Origin: Kiritimatiellia bacterium
GTDB taxonomy: Bacteria; Verrucomicrobiota; Kiritimatiellia; RFP12; JAAYNR01
DNA length: 55,746 nt
Direction: 5' to 3'
Assembly (NCBI GenBank): GCA_044343885.1
Contig: JBIJDW010000001.1
Location: 1-55,746 of the forward strand
Below are positions 19,258 through 29,402 of the stretch, piece by piece; the first letter of the stretch is position 1, and each line of letters begins with the position of its first letter. The position numbers and the translations under genes were made by a program. The notes beneath the pieces are model-generated. The model was not told the origin of the DNA. It ran no database searches and was given only the letters and a program-made list of their open reading frames with translations.

Positions 19258-20873
19258 AAGAGGCTGGCTCTGAGGCACCGAACATGGGCACGAAGCATCC
19301 GGAACCCGACGACCGTCCGTTCGGGCACGGCGAAGGGCTTGCTTTGGAGTTCAAGCGTGCCGCCGACCGGCTGCCGTCGAGTTTCTTCGAGACCGTCTGC
19401 GCCTTCCTGAACATGGACGGCGGTCTGATCGTGTTGGGCGTCGAGGATGACGGCCGCATCTCGGGCGTGGAGCCGGAATCTGTTGCCCAGATTATGGCCG
19501 ACATCGCGAACCTCTCCAACAATCCGCAGAAACTGGACCCGCCCTATCTGCTGTTTCCCCACGATGAACAGATCGGAGGCGGACGGGTCATCACCGTGCA
19601 GGTGCCAGCCAGCTCGCAGGTTCATCGTACGGGGGGCGAGGTCTTCCTGCGCAGCGAAGACGGCGACTACCGCATCAAGGACCCCTACCAGATCGCGGGG
19701 CTGGTCAACCGCAAGCTCAGTTTCTACACCGAGCAGCGCGTACTGCCGTGGCTTGGCATCGGCGACTTGCGCCCCGATCTGTTCGACCAGGCCCGCGCGC
19801 TGCTCAACGCCCAGCGTCGCAACCATCCGTGGGCGAAACTCCGTGACGAGGAATTACTTCAGATCGGCGGCTTTATCCGCAGGGACCCGCTGACATCCAA
19901 GACCGGATACACGCTCGCCTCCGCGCTCATGTTCGGCACGGACGCCACCATTCAGCAGGCCGCTCCGGCGATGGTCTTCGACGCTCTTCTGAGACGGGAC
20001 AACGTGGACCGATACGACGACCGCGTGATGCTCTACACCAACCTCATCGAAGCCTTCGGCGGACTCATGGCATTCGTTGAAAAGCACCTGAACGACCCCT
20101 TCTACCTGGAAGGCACGGAACGGGTCAGCTTGCGTGACCGCATCTTCCGGGAACTGGTCTCCAATCTCATCGCGCACCGCGAATACACCAGCGCCGCTCC
20201 GGCGACCCTGACGATCTTCCGCGACAAGGTCGTCTTCCGCAACCCCCATGTGCCGCATCTGCGGGGGCGCATCGATCCGAAGCGGTTTACCCCCTTCCCG
20301 AAGAACCCGACGATCTGCCGCTTCATGCTGCAACTCGGCCGCTACGAACAGGCCGGCTCCGGCGTGTACAATGTCACCAAGTACCTGCCTATCTACACCC
20401 TAGGAGCTTCGCCGGTCTTCGAGGAATACGCCGATGTCTTCGAGACGACCATTCCGCTGACTCCCCCGGAATCGGGAACCGGCGCACAAGTCACCGGACA
20501 AGTCACCGGACAAGTCACCGGACAAGTCGCGGCACAAGTCACGGGTAAAGTCGAAGGTGAAGTCGGCGAGCAAGCCAGTGAGCATGTTGATGAGCAAGCT
20601 ACCCCACAAGTCACCCCACAAGTCACCCCACAAGTCACCCCACAAGTCATAGCGGTTCTTAGGACGGCTGAGAACGTGGCCACGGCGGGGGCACTGCAGA
20701 AGGCCGCTGGACTAAAGGATCGGGTCCATTTCCTGAAGGCGTACTTGGAGCCGCTATTGAAGGCCGACATCCTTGAACGAACCATTCCCGACAGACCCCG
20801 CAGCCGCCTCCAAAAGTACCGGCTCACGCCCAAAGGCGCGAAATGGCTGAAGCAGCACAAGGATAACCAATAA
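19254..20873 (+). CDS. AlbA_2/Schlafen-type ATP-binding putative DNA-binding protein (RecG-like regulator family)
   Basis: LEFKRAADRLPSSFFETVCAFLNMDGGLIVLGVEDDG matches the AlbA_2 core. The C-terminus has xQVx repeats followed by PDRPRSRLQKYRLTPKG. ATGA overlap with brxC. Confidence 0.75.
   Translation: MKEAGSEAPNMGTKHPEPDDRPFGHGEGLALEFKRAADRLPSSFFETVCAFLNMDGGLIVLGVEDDGRISGVEPESVAQIMADIANLSNNPQKLDPPYLLFPHDEQIGGGRVITVQVPASSQVHRTGGEVFLRSEDGDYRIKDPYQIAGLVNRKLSFYTEQRVLPWLGIGDLRPDLFDQARALLNAQRRNHPWAKLRDEELLQIGGFIRRDPLTSKTGYTLASALMFGTDATIQQAAPAMVFDALLRRDNVDRYDDRVMLYTNLIEAFGGLMAFVEKHLNDPFYLEGTERVSLRDRIFRELVSNLIAHREYTSAAPATLTIFRDKVVFRNPHVPHLRGRIDPKRFTPFPKNPTICRFMLQLGRYEQAGSGVYNVTKYLPIYTLGASPVFEEYADVFETTIPLTPPESGTGAQVTGQVTGQVTGQVAAQVTGKVEGEVGEQASEHVDEQATPQVTPQVTPQVTPQVIAVLRTAENVATAGALQKAAGLKDRVHFLKAYLEPLLKADILERTIPDRPRSRLQKYRLTPKGAKWLKQHKDNQ
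20487..20649 (+). repeat. Two blocks of 12-nt in-frame tandem repeats (QVTG x3+, TPQV x4)
   Basis: The unit caagtcaccgga occurs three times perfectly, then degenerates (20487-20570). The unit ccacaagtcacc occurs four times (20602-20649). Confidence 0.9.
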
Positions 20874-20925
20874 CCACCCTCCACCTTCCACCCTCCACCC
20901 TCCACCTTCCACCCTCCACCCCTCC
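20874..20925. repeat. Oligo-periodic repeat (ccaccct/ccacctt)n upstream of pglX
   Basis: Sequence ccaccctccaccttccaccctccaccctccaccttccaccctccacccctcc. Its 16-nt core tccaccttccaccctc recurs inverted at 24259..24276, just after the pglX stop. Confidence 0.9.
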
Positions 20926-20932
20926 CCAAACC

Positions 20933-23900
20933 ATGACCTCCCTTTCCAAACCCCTCCGCAACGAGCTCTCTAGCGCCGTACTCGCTGCCCGCAAGCTGGC
21001 CGAGGCGGCTGCGGGCAAGGCGTTGCACGGCCTTGGCGTGGACGAGGCCGATCCGCCGGAACACCTCGACACCGAGGGGCGTCGGCTGCGTGTCCGACTC
21101 CGCTCTCAGGCGCGGCAGTTGGGCGACTGCGAGGACGCCGCCAAACGGGGATGCCTCGAAATCCGCCATCTCTCCGAAAAGATCGCCTATGACCACTGGC
21201 ATCGCCTGCTGTTCGCTCGCTTCCTGGCCGAGAACGACCTGCTGATCTCGCCCGATCACGGTGTCGGCGTCAGCCTAGCCGACTGCGAGGAACTCGCGCC
21301 CGCCCTGGGTCTCCGCGATGGATGGGAGGTCGCCACCCGCTTCGCCTCCCGGATGCTGCCGCAGATCTTCCGGCCCGACGACCCCGCCGACAGCGTCGTC
21401 TTCGCCCCCGAGGATCGCGTCGCCTTGCGCAAGCGGGTCACCGCTTTGTCCGGCGACATCTTCCTCGCCAACGACAGCCTCGGCTGGTGCTACCAATTCT
21501 GGCAGGCGGAGCGGAAGGAGGAGGTCAACAAGGCCGGCAACAAGATCGGCGCCGATGAATTGCCAGCCGTCACGCAACTGTTCACCGAGGATTACATGGT
21601 GGACTTCCTCTTGGACAACACCCTCGGCGCGTGGCACGCAGGGAAAGTTTTCAGTGTTCAGTCTTCAGTTTTCAGCACAGAGGCGGAGGCACGCGCGGCC
21701 TTCGCCTTGCCGGCGTGCGAATGGAAATATCTGCGGCTCATCCAAGGTGAGGACGGCAAATGGACTCCCGCCGCTGGCACGTTTGACGGCTGGCCCAAGT
21801 CTGCCGCCGCCATCCGGGCGCTCGACCCGTGCATGGGCAGCGGGCATTTCGTCGTGGCGATGTTCGCGCGTCTGGTGGCCTTGCGCCTGGCCGAGGAAGA
21901 ACTGGACGAAGCGGCGGCGGTGGCGGCGGTCATCCGTGACAACCTCTTCGGCTTGGAGATCGACCCCCGATGCACGCAGATCGCCGCCTTCAACCTGGCG
22001 CTGGCCGCGTGGCGGCGCGTAGGCCACTGCAAGCTGCCGGCGATGAACCTGGCCTGCTCCGGACTCGCGCCGAACACCCCGGAAAAGGAGTGGGTCGCGC
22101 TGGCCGGCGATACCGAGCGCCTTCAGCGCGGAATGTCACGCCTCTACGCCCTGTTCAACAACGCCCCGGTCTTGGGCAGTCTGATTAACCCCATAGCGGC
22201 GAAAGACGACCTGCTCGATGCCAATTACCATGAGGTCGCCGACCTGCTCACCCAAGCGCTGGCGCAAGAGTCTCATTCATCCTTCATCATTCATCCTTCA
22301 TCCATGGAATCCGCTGTGACCGCGCGTGGAATCGCCAAGGCGGCGGAAATTCTCGCCGGCCAGTTCACGCTCGTCGCCACCAACGTGCCGTATCTGATGC
22401 GCAGAAAACAAGACGACGCGCTGCAAGATTTTTGCGTGGCAGATTTCCCGGATTCCAAAAACGACTTGGCAACTGTTTTCATTGAGCGAGGGTTTTCATT
22501 TCTCGGTCGGTTCGGTAGTCAAGCTCTAGTCACGCCTCAAAACTGGCTATTCCTTGGGAGCTACGAACATCTTCGTTCGGATTTCCTAAAGGAACGGAAA
22601 TTCAATTTGGTCGCGCGTCTTGGTGCGAAAGGCTTTCGCACGCCGATGTGGGATTTCAATGTCGCGCTTTTAATAATGTCGGCTGACCGACCTTTCGAGG
22701 TTCACCCTCTTAATGGTGTTTCTGTGGAATCGAAGGAAGACCCGTCGGAAAAAGCGAATGAGCTAGTCCACGCCGATATAACGAGCGTTCCTCAAAAGTC
22801 GCAACTTCTCAATCCTGCTGCGGCCCTCACATTCTCCGCGCCGTCGGAGTTGTCCCCTCTCAGTCGCTACGCATACGCACCCAACGGTTCACATGGCGGT
22901 GATTCTCAGCGGCATCGTCGGCCATTTTGGGAGTTCAATCGCGTGAGTTCTGATTGGCGAACATTCCAAGGAACATTCGGAGAAACCAGCATGTTTACTG
23001 GGCGAGAACAGCTTTTCTCGTGGTTTCGCGATGGTGCTGACCATCGTGAGAACCCAAGTGCTTATATCAAAGGAGAAGATGTGTTCGGAAAGCCTGGCGT
23101 TGTTGTCAGTATGATGGGAGCGCTTCCGGTTTCGATATATTCAGGAGACATGTTTGACATAAGTTGCACACCGATTGTCCCCAACGATCCAAGCCACCTG
23201 CCAGTGATTTGGGCTTACTGTTCCTCACCAGAATACCACAAGGAAGTGCGTCTCATTGACCAGGCTCTCAAGGTGACAAATGCCACGCTCGCCAAAGTCC
23301 CCTTCGACCTTGCGCACTGGCAGAAGGTGGCGGCGGAGAAATATCCGGATGGATTGCCAAAACCGTTTTCCAGCGACCCGACGCAATGGCTGTTCAACGG
23401 CCATCCTGCCGGTTCGGACCAGCCTTTGCAGGTAGCCGTGGCGCGGTTGCTCGGCTACCGCTGGCCGCGCCAGACCGGATCCGAGTTCCCGGATTGCCCC
23501 GCGCTCGAACCGGACGGCCTGGAGAAATATGCCGATGCCGATGGGATCGTCTGCCTCAACGCGATCAAGGGCGAGCAGCCCGCCGCCGAGCGGCTCCGGG
23601 CCTTGCTTGCCGCTGCATTCGGCGCGGACTGGAGCGCCTCCACCCTCTCCCATCTCCTCTCCACCCTCCACCCTCCACCGTCCACCCTTGACGACTGGCT
23701 CCGCAACGGCTTCTTTGAGCAGCACTGTCAACTTTTCCATCAGCGTCCATTCATCTGGCACATCTGGGACGGCCTGCGCGATGGCTTCAGCGTGCTGGTC
23801 AACTACCACAAGCTCAACCGTTCCGCCTTGGAGAAACTGACCTACACTTACCTCGGCGACTGGATCGGACGCCAGAAGGCCGCCGTTGCCGCCGGAGAAG

Positions 23901-24259
23901 AGGGCAGCGACGCCAAACTGGCCGCCGCCCAGCAGCTCCAGTCCTCGCTGAAGCTGATCATCGAAGGTGAGAAGCCCTACGACATCTTCGTCCGCTGGAA
24001 GTCGCTGGAGAAGCAACCCATCGGGTGGGTGCCGGATCTGAACGACGGCGTGCGCATGAACATCCGCCCGTTCCTGTCCGTCCCCGACGTCGGCCGCAAG
24101 GGCGCCGGCATCCTCCGCTGGTCCACCAAGATCAAGTGGGACAAAGATCGCGGCAAAGACGTCCCCAGCGCCCCCTGGTACAAGGTCTTCAACGGCGACC
24201 GCATCAACGACCACCACCTGACGCTGGCGGAGAAGCGTGAGGCGAGGGAGAAGGGTTGA
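20933..24259 (+). CDS. pglX: BREX N6-adenine DNA methyltransferase PglX
   Basis: 1108 aa. Motif I is LDPCMGSGHFVV and motif IV is ATNVPY. Its position follows brxC. Confidence 0.88.
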   Translation: MTSLSKPLRNELSSAVLAARKLAEAAAGKALHGLGVDEADPPEHLDTEGRRLRVRLRSQARQLGDCEDAAKRGCLEIRHLSEKIAYDHWHRLLFARFLAENDLLISPDHGVGVSLADCEELAPALGLRDGWEVATRFASRMLPQIFRPDDPADSVVFAPEDRVALRKRVTALSGDIFLANDSLGWCYQFWQAERKEEVNKAGNKIGADELPAVTQLFTEDYMVDFLLDNTLGAWHAGKVFSVQSSVFSTEAEARAAFALPACEWKYLRLIQGEDGKWTPAAGTFDGWPKSAAAIRALDPCMGSGHFVVAMFARLVALRLAEEELDEAAAVAAVIRDNLFGLEIDPRCTQIAAFNLALAAWRRVGHCKLPAMNLACSGLAPNTPEKEWVALAGDTERLQRGMSRLYALFNNAPVLGSLINPIAAKDDLLDANYHEVADLLTQALAQESHSSFIIHPSSMESAVTARGIAKAAEILAGQFTLVATNVPYLMRRKQDDALQDFCVADFPDSKNDLATVFIERGFSFLGRFGSQALVTPQNWLFLGSYEHLRSDFLKERKFNLVARLGAKGFRTPMWDFNVALLIMSADRPFEVHPLNGVSVESKEDPSEKANELVHADITSVPQKSQLLNPAAALTFSAPSELSPLSRYAYAPNGSHGGDSQRHRRPFWEFNRVSSDWRTFQGTFGETSMFTGREQLFSWFRDGADHRENPSAYIKGEDVFGKPGVVVSMMGALPVSIYSGDMFDISCTPIVPNDPSHLPVIWAYCSSPEYHKEVRLIDQALKVTNATLAKVPFDLAHWQKVAAEKYPDGLPKPFSSDPTQWLFNGHPAGSDQPLQVAVARLLGYRWPRQTGSEFPDCPALEPDGLEKYADADGIVCLNAIKGEQPAAERLRALLAAAFGADWSASTLSHLLSTLHPPPSTLDDWLRNGFFEQHCQLFHQRPFIWHIWDGLRDGFSVLVNYHKLNRSALEKLTYTYLGDWIGRQKAAVAAGEEGSDAKLAAAQQLQSSLKLIIEGEKPYDIFVRWKSLEKQPIGWVPDLNDGVRMNIRPFLSVPDVGRKGAGILRWSTKIKWDKDRGKDVPSAPWYKVFNGDRINDHHLTLAEKREAREKG

Positions 24260-24368
24260 GGGTGGAAGGTGGAAGAACAAGAGAAAGGTGGACGCTCGGT
24301 TATTGAATCGAACAATAGGGGCACCCAGCCACTCTGCGACTAAGAATCATGATTAGGAGTGTAGCAAC

Positions 24369-26597
24369 ATGCATCTTGCCTGTATAAGAGTCCGGAACTA
24401 TAGGCGCCTGCGCAACGTACGGATTGACCTTGCCGATGACACGTCGATCTTCGTCGGCGCAAACAACAGCGGCAAGACATCAGCTTGCCATGCCCTTAAG
24501 GCGTTTTCAGCGGGCGATAAAAAGTGTTTCCGTATTCACGATTTCAGCGCCAATTGCTGGTCTGATTTTGACGCTTTCGGAGTCGGTGCCGAGGGAGTCG
24601 TCCTGCCCAGTATTTCTCTGGACTTGTGGTTCCGAGTGGATGCGTCCGATCTCCATCGCGTGATTGATCTGCTCCCCAGCTTGACTTGGCGCGGGAGTCT
24701 TGTCGGGCTTCGCGTCGAGTTTGCGGCCGTGAGCCCTGATAAGCTTCGCGTGAGTTTTAGGGAGGCCAACACGGCAGCCCGTGCGTCTATCCCGGAGGGA
24801 GAGGCGGAGTCTTCGTATCATCCATGGCCAGTGGGGCTGCGGGATTTCCTCGAAAAGCATCTGCACCGCGAATACGAACTGCGATACTACGTTCTGGATC
24901 GAGCGCAGTTCGACGACGAGTTGATCGAGACAACCGGATACACACCCCAACCACTCACCGTGAGAGAAGGGACATCCGGGCGAGAGGTTCTGAACTCGTT
25001 GCTCTGTGTCGATTTCCTGCATGCTCAGCGATACCTGTCCGACAGTGACGAGGGTAGCCGATCAGAACAGTTGTCCCATAGGTTCAGCCGCTTCTATGAA
25101 CAGAACCTAGAGAAACGGGCGACAGACTACTCGGTTCTAAAGGCGTTGGCTGATTCTGAAAAGCATCTTGATGGGCATTTTGACAGCGTTTTCCAAGAGA
25201 CACTGACCCGCATTTCGACGTTGGGATACCCAGGGCTCGCCAACCCGCGTCTTAGGATCAAATCAGACCTGAATCCCGCAATCATATTGAGCAGTCAAGA
25301 TGGAGCGCAGCTCCTTTATGAGTTAAACGAGCCTCTGGAAGGGGCCGAGACGCTTTCTCTTCCTGATCAGTCTAATGGCTTGGGTTTCAAGAACCTGATC
25401 TACATGGTCGTAGAACTGCTCGATTTGCAAAATCGTTGGAAGAAGACAGAAGACAACCGGCCACTGATCCATCTGATCTGTATCGAGGAACCAGAGGCGC
25501 ATATGCATGCGCAACTCCAGCAAGTCTTCATCCGCAAAGTCTTCGATGTCCTTGCAATTGGAGGGGATGACGACAACCGGTACAAAAGTCAGCTCGTGGT
25601 GACAACCCACTCCCCGCACATCCTGTATGAGAGTGGTTTTCAGCCCATTCGCTATTTTCTTCGACAGTCCGGCAGCGAAGTTCACACCTCGGAGGTTCTT
25701 AACCTATCCGCATACTATGACAGAATGGACGTCCCGATCCGGGACTTCCTCGAACGCTACATGAAGCTGACGCACTGCGACCTGTTTTTTGCGGACGCAG
25801 CGATTCTCGTCGAAGGGAACGTGGAGCGTTTGCTCTTGCCTGAGATGATCGGCAAAGTCGCGCCTCGGCTGCAATCCACCTATTGCAGTATTCTTGAGGT
25901 CGGAGGTGCCTACGGATTCCGCTTCAAATCATTGATCGAGTTTCTAGGTATCACTACGCTGATCATCACCGATATCGACAGCGTGACGCCCCCTGTGGAC
26001 GCCGACCCGCCTGCGCAGGCAGCGGATGAAGAGGAAGAGGGTGACGAGGCCGCAGCGACTGGGAAAGCGTGCAAGGTGTGTGAACCAGGAGCCATTACAT
26101 CGAACCAGACCTTAATTCAATGGCTTCCACGGCTCCGGACAATTTGCGAATTGCTTGCCGCAACGCCCGAACAGCGGACGCAAGCTCGGACCGGTGCCAA
26201 CCAGGCTCTTATCCGTGTTGCCTACCAGACTGCGGTGTCTGTCACATGGGGAGAACAGACCCGTACGCTCACAGGTCGAACACTAGAGGAAGCCTTTGCG
26301 TTGGAGAATTTCGCCCTTTGTCAGGGTCCAGCCCGTACAGACCTGCGGCTTTCTGTGCGAGGGAATGCGACAATGGAGATCGAAGAGGTTTTCGAGCGCA
26401 TTCACAAGCGCATCAAGGGGTCCGCGTTCAAGAAGACGGATTTCGCGCTCGCACTCCTAGCCATGGATCCGGCCGCCTGGCAGGTGCCGACCTACATCGC
26501 TGAAGGGCTACGCTGGCTTGAGGGCGAAGTCGCGCCGCCTGCGCCAGCAGCCCCACCCATTGCGCCTGCAGCAGCGACCGCAGCGAGACCGTCATGA
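24369..26597 (+). CDS. OLD-family ATP-dependent endonuclease (GajA-like)
   Basis: N-terminal IRVRNYRRLRNVRIDL..FVGANNSGKTS (ABC-type ATPase). ICIEEPEAHMH (Walker B / D-loop region). Toprim residues at ILVEGNVERLLL and LIITDIDSV. Has acidic and Ala/Pro-rich insertions. Confidence 0.8.
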   Translation: MHLACIRVRNYRRLRNVRIDLADDTSIFVGANNSGKTSACHALKAFSAGDKKCFRIHDFSANCWSDFDAFGVGAEGVVLPSISLDLWFRVDASDLHRVIDLLPSLTWRGSLVGLRVEFAAVSPDKLRVSFREANTAARASIPEGEAESSYHPWPVGLRDFLEKHLHREYELRYYVLDRAQFDDELIETTGYTPQPLTVREGTSGREVLNSLLCVDFLHAQRYLSDSDEGSRSEQLSHRFSRFYEQNLEKRATDYSVLKALADSEKHLDGHFDSVFQETLTRISTLGYPGLANPRLRIKSDLNPAIILSSQDGAQLLYELNEPLEGAETLSLPDQSNGLGFKNLIYMVVELLDLQNRWKKTEDNRPLIHLICIEEPEAHMHAQLQQVFIRKVFDVLAIGGDDDNRYKSQLVVTTHSPHILYESGFQPIRYFLRQSGSEVHTSEVLNLSAYYDRMDVPIRDFLERYMKLTHCDLFFADAAILVEGNVERLLLPEMIGKVAPRLQSTYCSILEVGGAYGFRFKSLIEFLGITTLIITDIDSVTPPVDADPPAQAADEEEEGDEAAATGKACKVCEPGAITSNQTLIQWLPRLRTICELLAATPEQRTQARTGANQALIRVAYQTAVSVTWGEQTRTLTGRTLEEAFALENFALCQGPARTDLRLSVRGNATMEIEEVFERIHKRIKGSAFKKTDFALALLAMDPAAWQVPTYIAEGLRWLEGEVAPPAPAAPPIAPAAATAARPS

Positions 26598-28486
26598 CAG
26601 CTAGAATCAACCAGCCGGACACAGAGGCCGACCGTCAAGTGCGCGAGTGCCTCGCCCAGGAGCCGCCACGAAGTTTCGTGATGGTATCCGGTGCCGGGTC
26701 AGGCAAGACCACTTCTTTGGTGAAGGCACTTGCTCACATGTCGCAGACAAGGGGGGCTCAACTGCGACGGCATGGCCAGAAGATCGCCTGCATCACCTAT
26801 ACCGAAGTCGCCGCCGGTGAGATCTGGGATGAAGTCGGTAATTCGCCGATCTTTCATGTCTCAACGATTCACAGCTTCCTATGGACCATATTCCACCCGT
26901 TCCAGCCAGAGATCCGCGAGTGGGTTCGAAGGCGCATTGATGAGAAAATCGCGGAAGCGGAAGAGAAGAGAGCCAAGCCGCGGACACAGGAACGCACCCG
27001 GATCACGCTTGCGTCCGACATCGCGCGCTATCGGGAGCAGATCGCGAGCCTCGCGAATGTCCGGGGTTTCAAGTACGGCACCGGCAGCGACTATTCCGCC
27101 GGTCTCTTGGGGCATGATGATGTCCTGAAGATAGGGCCCTATCTCATCGAAGCGCATGAATTGTTGCACAAGCTGGTCGCGGGCCGGTTCCCGGTCGTCT
27201 TTGTCGACGAGAGCCAGGATACCTTCCCGACCTTTGTGACTGCGCTTCGGCGGATACAGCAGACCACAGGGTCGGCCTTCAGCCTCGGTTTCTTTGGTGA
27301 TCCCATGCAGAAAATTTACATGTCTGGCGTGGGACCGATTCCGCCGCTGGAGACCGACAGACATATTACGAAGCGAGAGAACTTCCGCTGTCCGAGGCCC
27401 GTTCTTGAGGTCATCAACCGCATCCGCGCGGAGGATGACGGCATAGAGCAAGTTGGGGGGCGGATGGTGCATGCCAAGGAAGGGGGTAACCCCACCGAGG
27501 GTACCGCGCGGCTGTTCATAATGCCGACTGACGATCATGATCGGCGAACTACGCGCCTGACTAAGATCCGAAACTGGTTAGCGAGCGCAAATTCCGATCC
27601 GCTTTGGCGCGAGGACCGGCATTCAGCGGTGCGCATGATGGTGCTGGTTCATCGGATGGCTGCGACTCGCCTTGGTTTTCCAAACCTGTACGCAGCTCTG
27701 AATGACAGAGCGCCGCCCAGCCTCAAGAGCGGACTAGTCGACGGAACCGCTTGGGTGCTCAGGCCATTTCTAAGCACCATTTGCCCATTGGTCCTAGCGG
27801 CGCGAGCAAATGACAACTTTGCAGTCATCCGCGCACTTCGTCTCACATGTCCCTTGCTATCCAGCAAGGCGCCGGAAGCAGGGAACATGGCAGTGATTTT
27901 GGATCGTCTGAACGAGGGTGTACAGACTCTCAAAGCCATGTTTGAGAACGGATACAGATCGTCTATCAAGTCCGTATTGGAGATGGTCTTTCGGGCGCAG
28001 TTATTGACACTGGACGAGCGCTTCGACACCTATCTAGAGGACGCGGGCGATACACCAGATGCCGAAGACGAGGAGCGCGCGGCAGTTGAGGCTTTTCTGG
28101 CCTGCCACCCTGCTGAACTGCTGGGCTATCGCGACTATATCGAGGGAAACTCGCCATTTACGACCCAGCACGGAGTCAAGGGCGCAGAATTTGATCGAGT
28201 CCTCGTGGTGCTGGACGACGAAGAAAGCGCCTATAACCTGTACTCCTATGGGAAGTACTTCGGCTATACGCCTCTGTCAGGCACTGATCGTGAGAACGTC
28301 GCGAACGGAGACGATTCTGTCGTGGATCGAACGAGACGCTTGTTCTATGTGTGCTGTTCGAGGGCCACAAAAGATCTAGCCGTCGTTTTGTTCGCGTCTG
28401 ATATTGCGGAAGCGCGGGCGGCCGTTCTCCGCAAAGGCTTCTTCCCGGAGGACGAGATTTATGACGCGGAGGCGATTAATGTCTGA
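26594..28486 (+). CDS. UvrD/PcrA-like superfamily 1 helicase (GajB-like)
   Basis: Walker A VSGAGSGKTT and motif II VVFVDESQDT. The C-terminus has HGVKGAEFDRVLVV and LFYVCCSRA. ATGA overlap with the OLD gene. Confidence 0.8.
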   Translation: MTARINQPDTEADRQVRECLAQEPPRSFVMVSGAGSGKTTSLVKALAHMSQTRGAQLRRHGQKIACITYTEVAAGEIWDEVGNSPIFHVSTIHSFLWTIFHPFQPEIREWVRRRIDEKIAEAEEKRAKPRTQERTRITLASDIARYREQIASLANVRGFKYGTGSDYSAGLLGHDDVLKIGPYLIEAHELLHKLVAGRFPVVFVDESQDTFPTFVTALRRIQQTTGSAFSLGFFGDPMQKIYMSGVGPIPPLETDRHITKRENFRCPRPVLEVINRIRAEDDGIEQVGGRMVHAKEGGNPTEGTARLFIMPTDDHDRRTTRLTKIRNWLASANSDPLWREDRHSAVRMMVLVHRMAATRLGFPNLYAALNDRAPPSLKSGLVDGTAWVLRPFLSTICPLVLAARANDNFAVIRALRLTCPLLSSKAPEAGNMAVILDRLNEGVQTLKAMFENGYRSSIKSVLEMVFRAQLLTLDERFDTYLEDAGDTPDAEDEERAAVEAFLACHPAELLGYRDYIEGNSPFTTQHGVKGAEFDRVLVVLDDEESAYNLYSYGKYFGYTPLSGTDRENVANGDDSVVDRTRRLFYVCCSRATKDLAVVLFASDIAEARAAVLRKGFFPEDEIYDAEAINV

Positions 28487-28522
28487 AGGGCTAAGCAAAC
28501 ATCAGAAGAGAGATAAGGCTTT

Positions 28523-29299
28523 ATGGTAGGCGCCATGGATGGAATCAAGACTGTTGTTGAGTTACTGCTCGGTCTACTTGGCCGACTCGATGACCTACGC
28601 CGCCGCAAAAGCCAAGCCGGACATGTGCAGCCGGCGGTCGACCGGTTTAAACTTCTAGCCAAGTCTCACGGACTCACGCTGGCACAGGTGTCAGGGCTTC
28701 TGCCGCGCGAGTTGGCTGGCCGGCTGGCGCAGTTCAAAGATGACGCGGCTATTGCTGAAACGCTGACCCCTGATTTTCTCGCCTGGGCTGCGGAGAGTTT
28801 TGGGGTACAGCGAGCATGGCTGGAAGGAGGAACGGACGAGGTTTACGGGACTATTCGGAGTGGCTACAAATGGCCCGACAAGTTCGTGTTGTGGCTACAG
28901 AGCCAGGGCTGGTTGACTGAAGAGACCCAAATGTATGTATTCACCGCCGAACGAAAACTCGCCACGGCACACAAACCCAGTCCGATGGCTATCGCTTTCG
29001 CCCGTCCGCTTCCTGTTTTTCCTGACTCGGACGCCCGTCAGTTCCTACCCACAGGTGACTTCTGGGACTGGGGCCATCCGCCATGCCGGGCCTCCATTTT
29101 GGTCTTGGCAAATCGCGTTCTAGACTGCTCGGGTATTCCTATTGGCATCCATCGCGTGACGTTGAAGACTGTTGAGAAACTCCAACGTCGATTGCTTGTG
29201 CCGAATCCAGAGAGTTTACCGCATTGCCGGGTATTGCCCGAGATGCTGGAATGTGAGTCTTCGTTCGCAGATCCCGATTCAGCTTTCCCGATCCGGTGA
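28523..29299 (+). CDS. hypothetical protein
   Basis: 258-aa ORF lying 36 nt after the helicase stop. No family recognised. Confidence 0.5.
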   Translation: MVGAMDGIKTVVELLLGLLGRLDDLRRRKSQAGHVQPAVDRFKLLAKSHGLTLAQVSGLLPRELAGRLAQFKDDAAIAETLTPDFLAWAAESFGVQRAWLEGGTDEVYGTIRSGYKWPDKFVLWLQSQGWLTEETQMYVFTAERKLATAHKPSPMAIAFARPLPVFPDSDARQFLPTGDFWDWGHPPCRASILVLANRVLDCSGIPIGIHRVTLKTVEKLQRRLLVPNPESLPHCRVLPEMLECESSFADPDSAFPIR

Positions 29300-29402
29300 G
29301 TAGTGACATGTTTCGCATGTAAGGAGAATCAATTGAATACGGAGTGCAACATCGAGAGCGGAAAAAATAGTCGAAAAAAGGGCTTGCATATGGACGTGTA
29401 CA

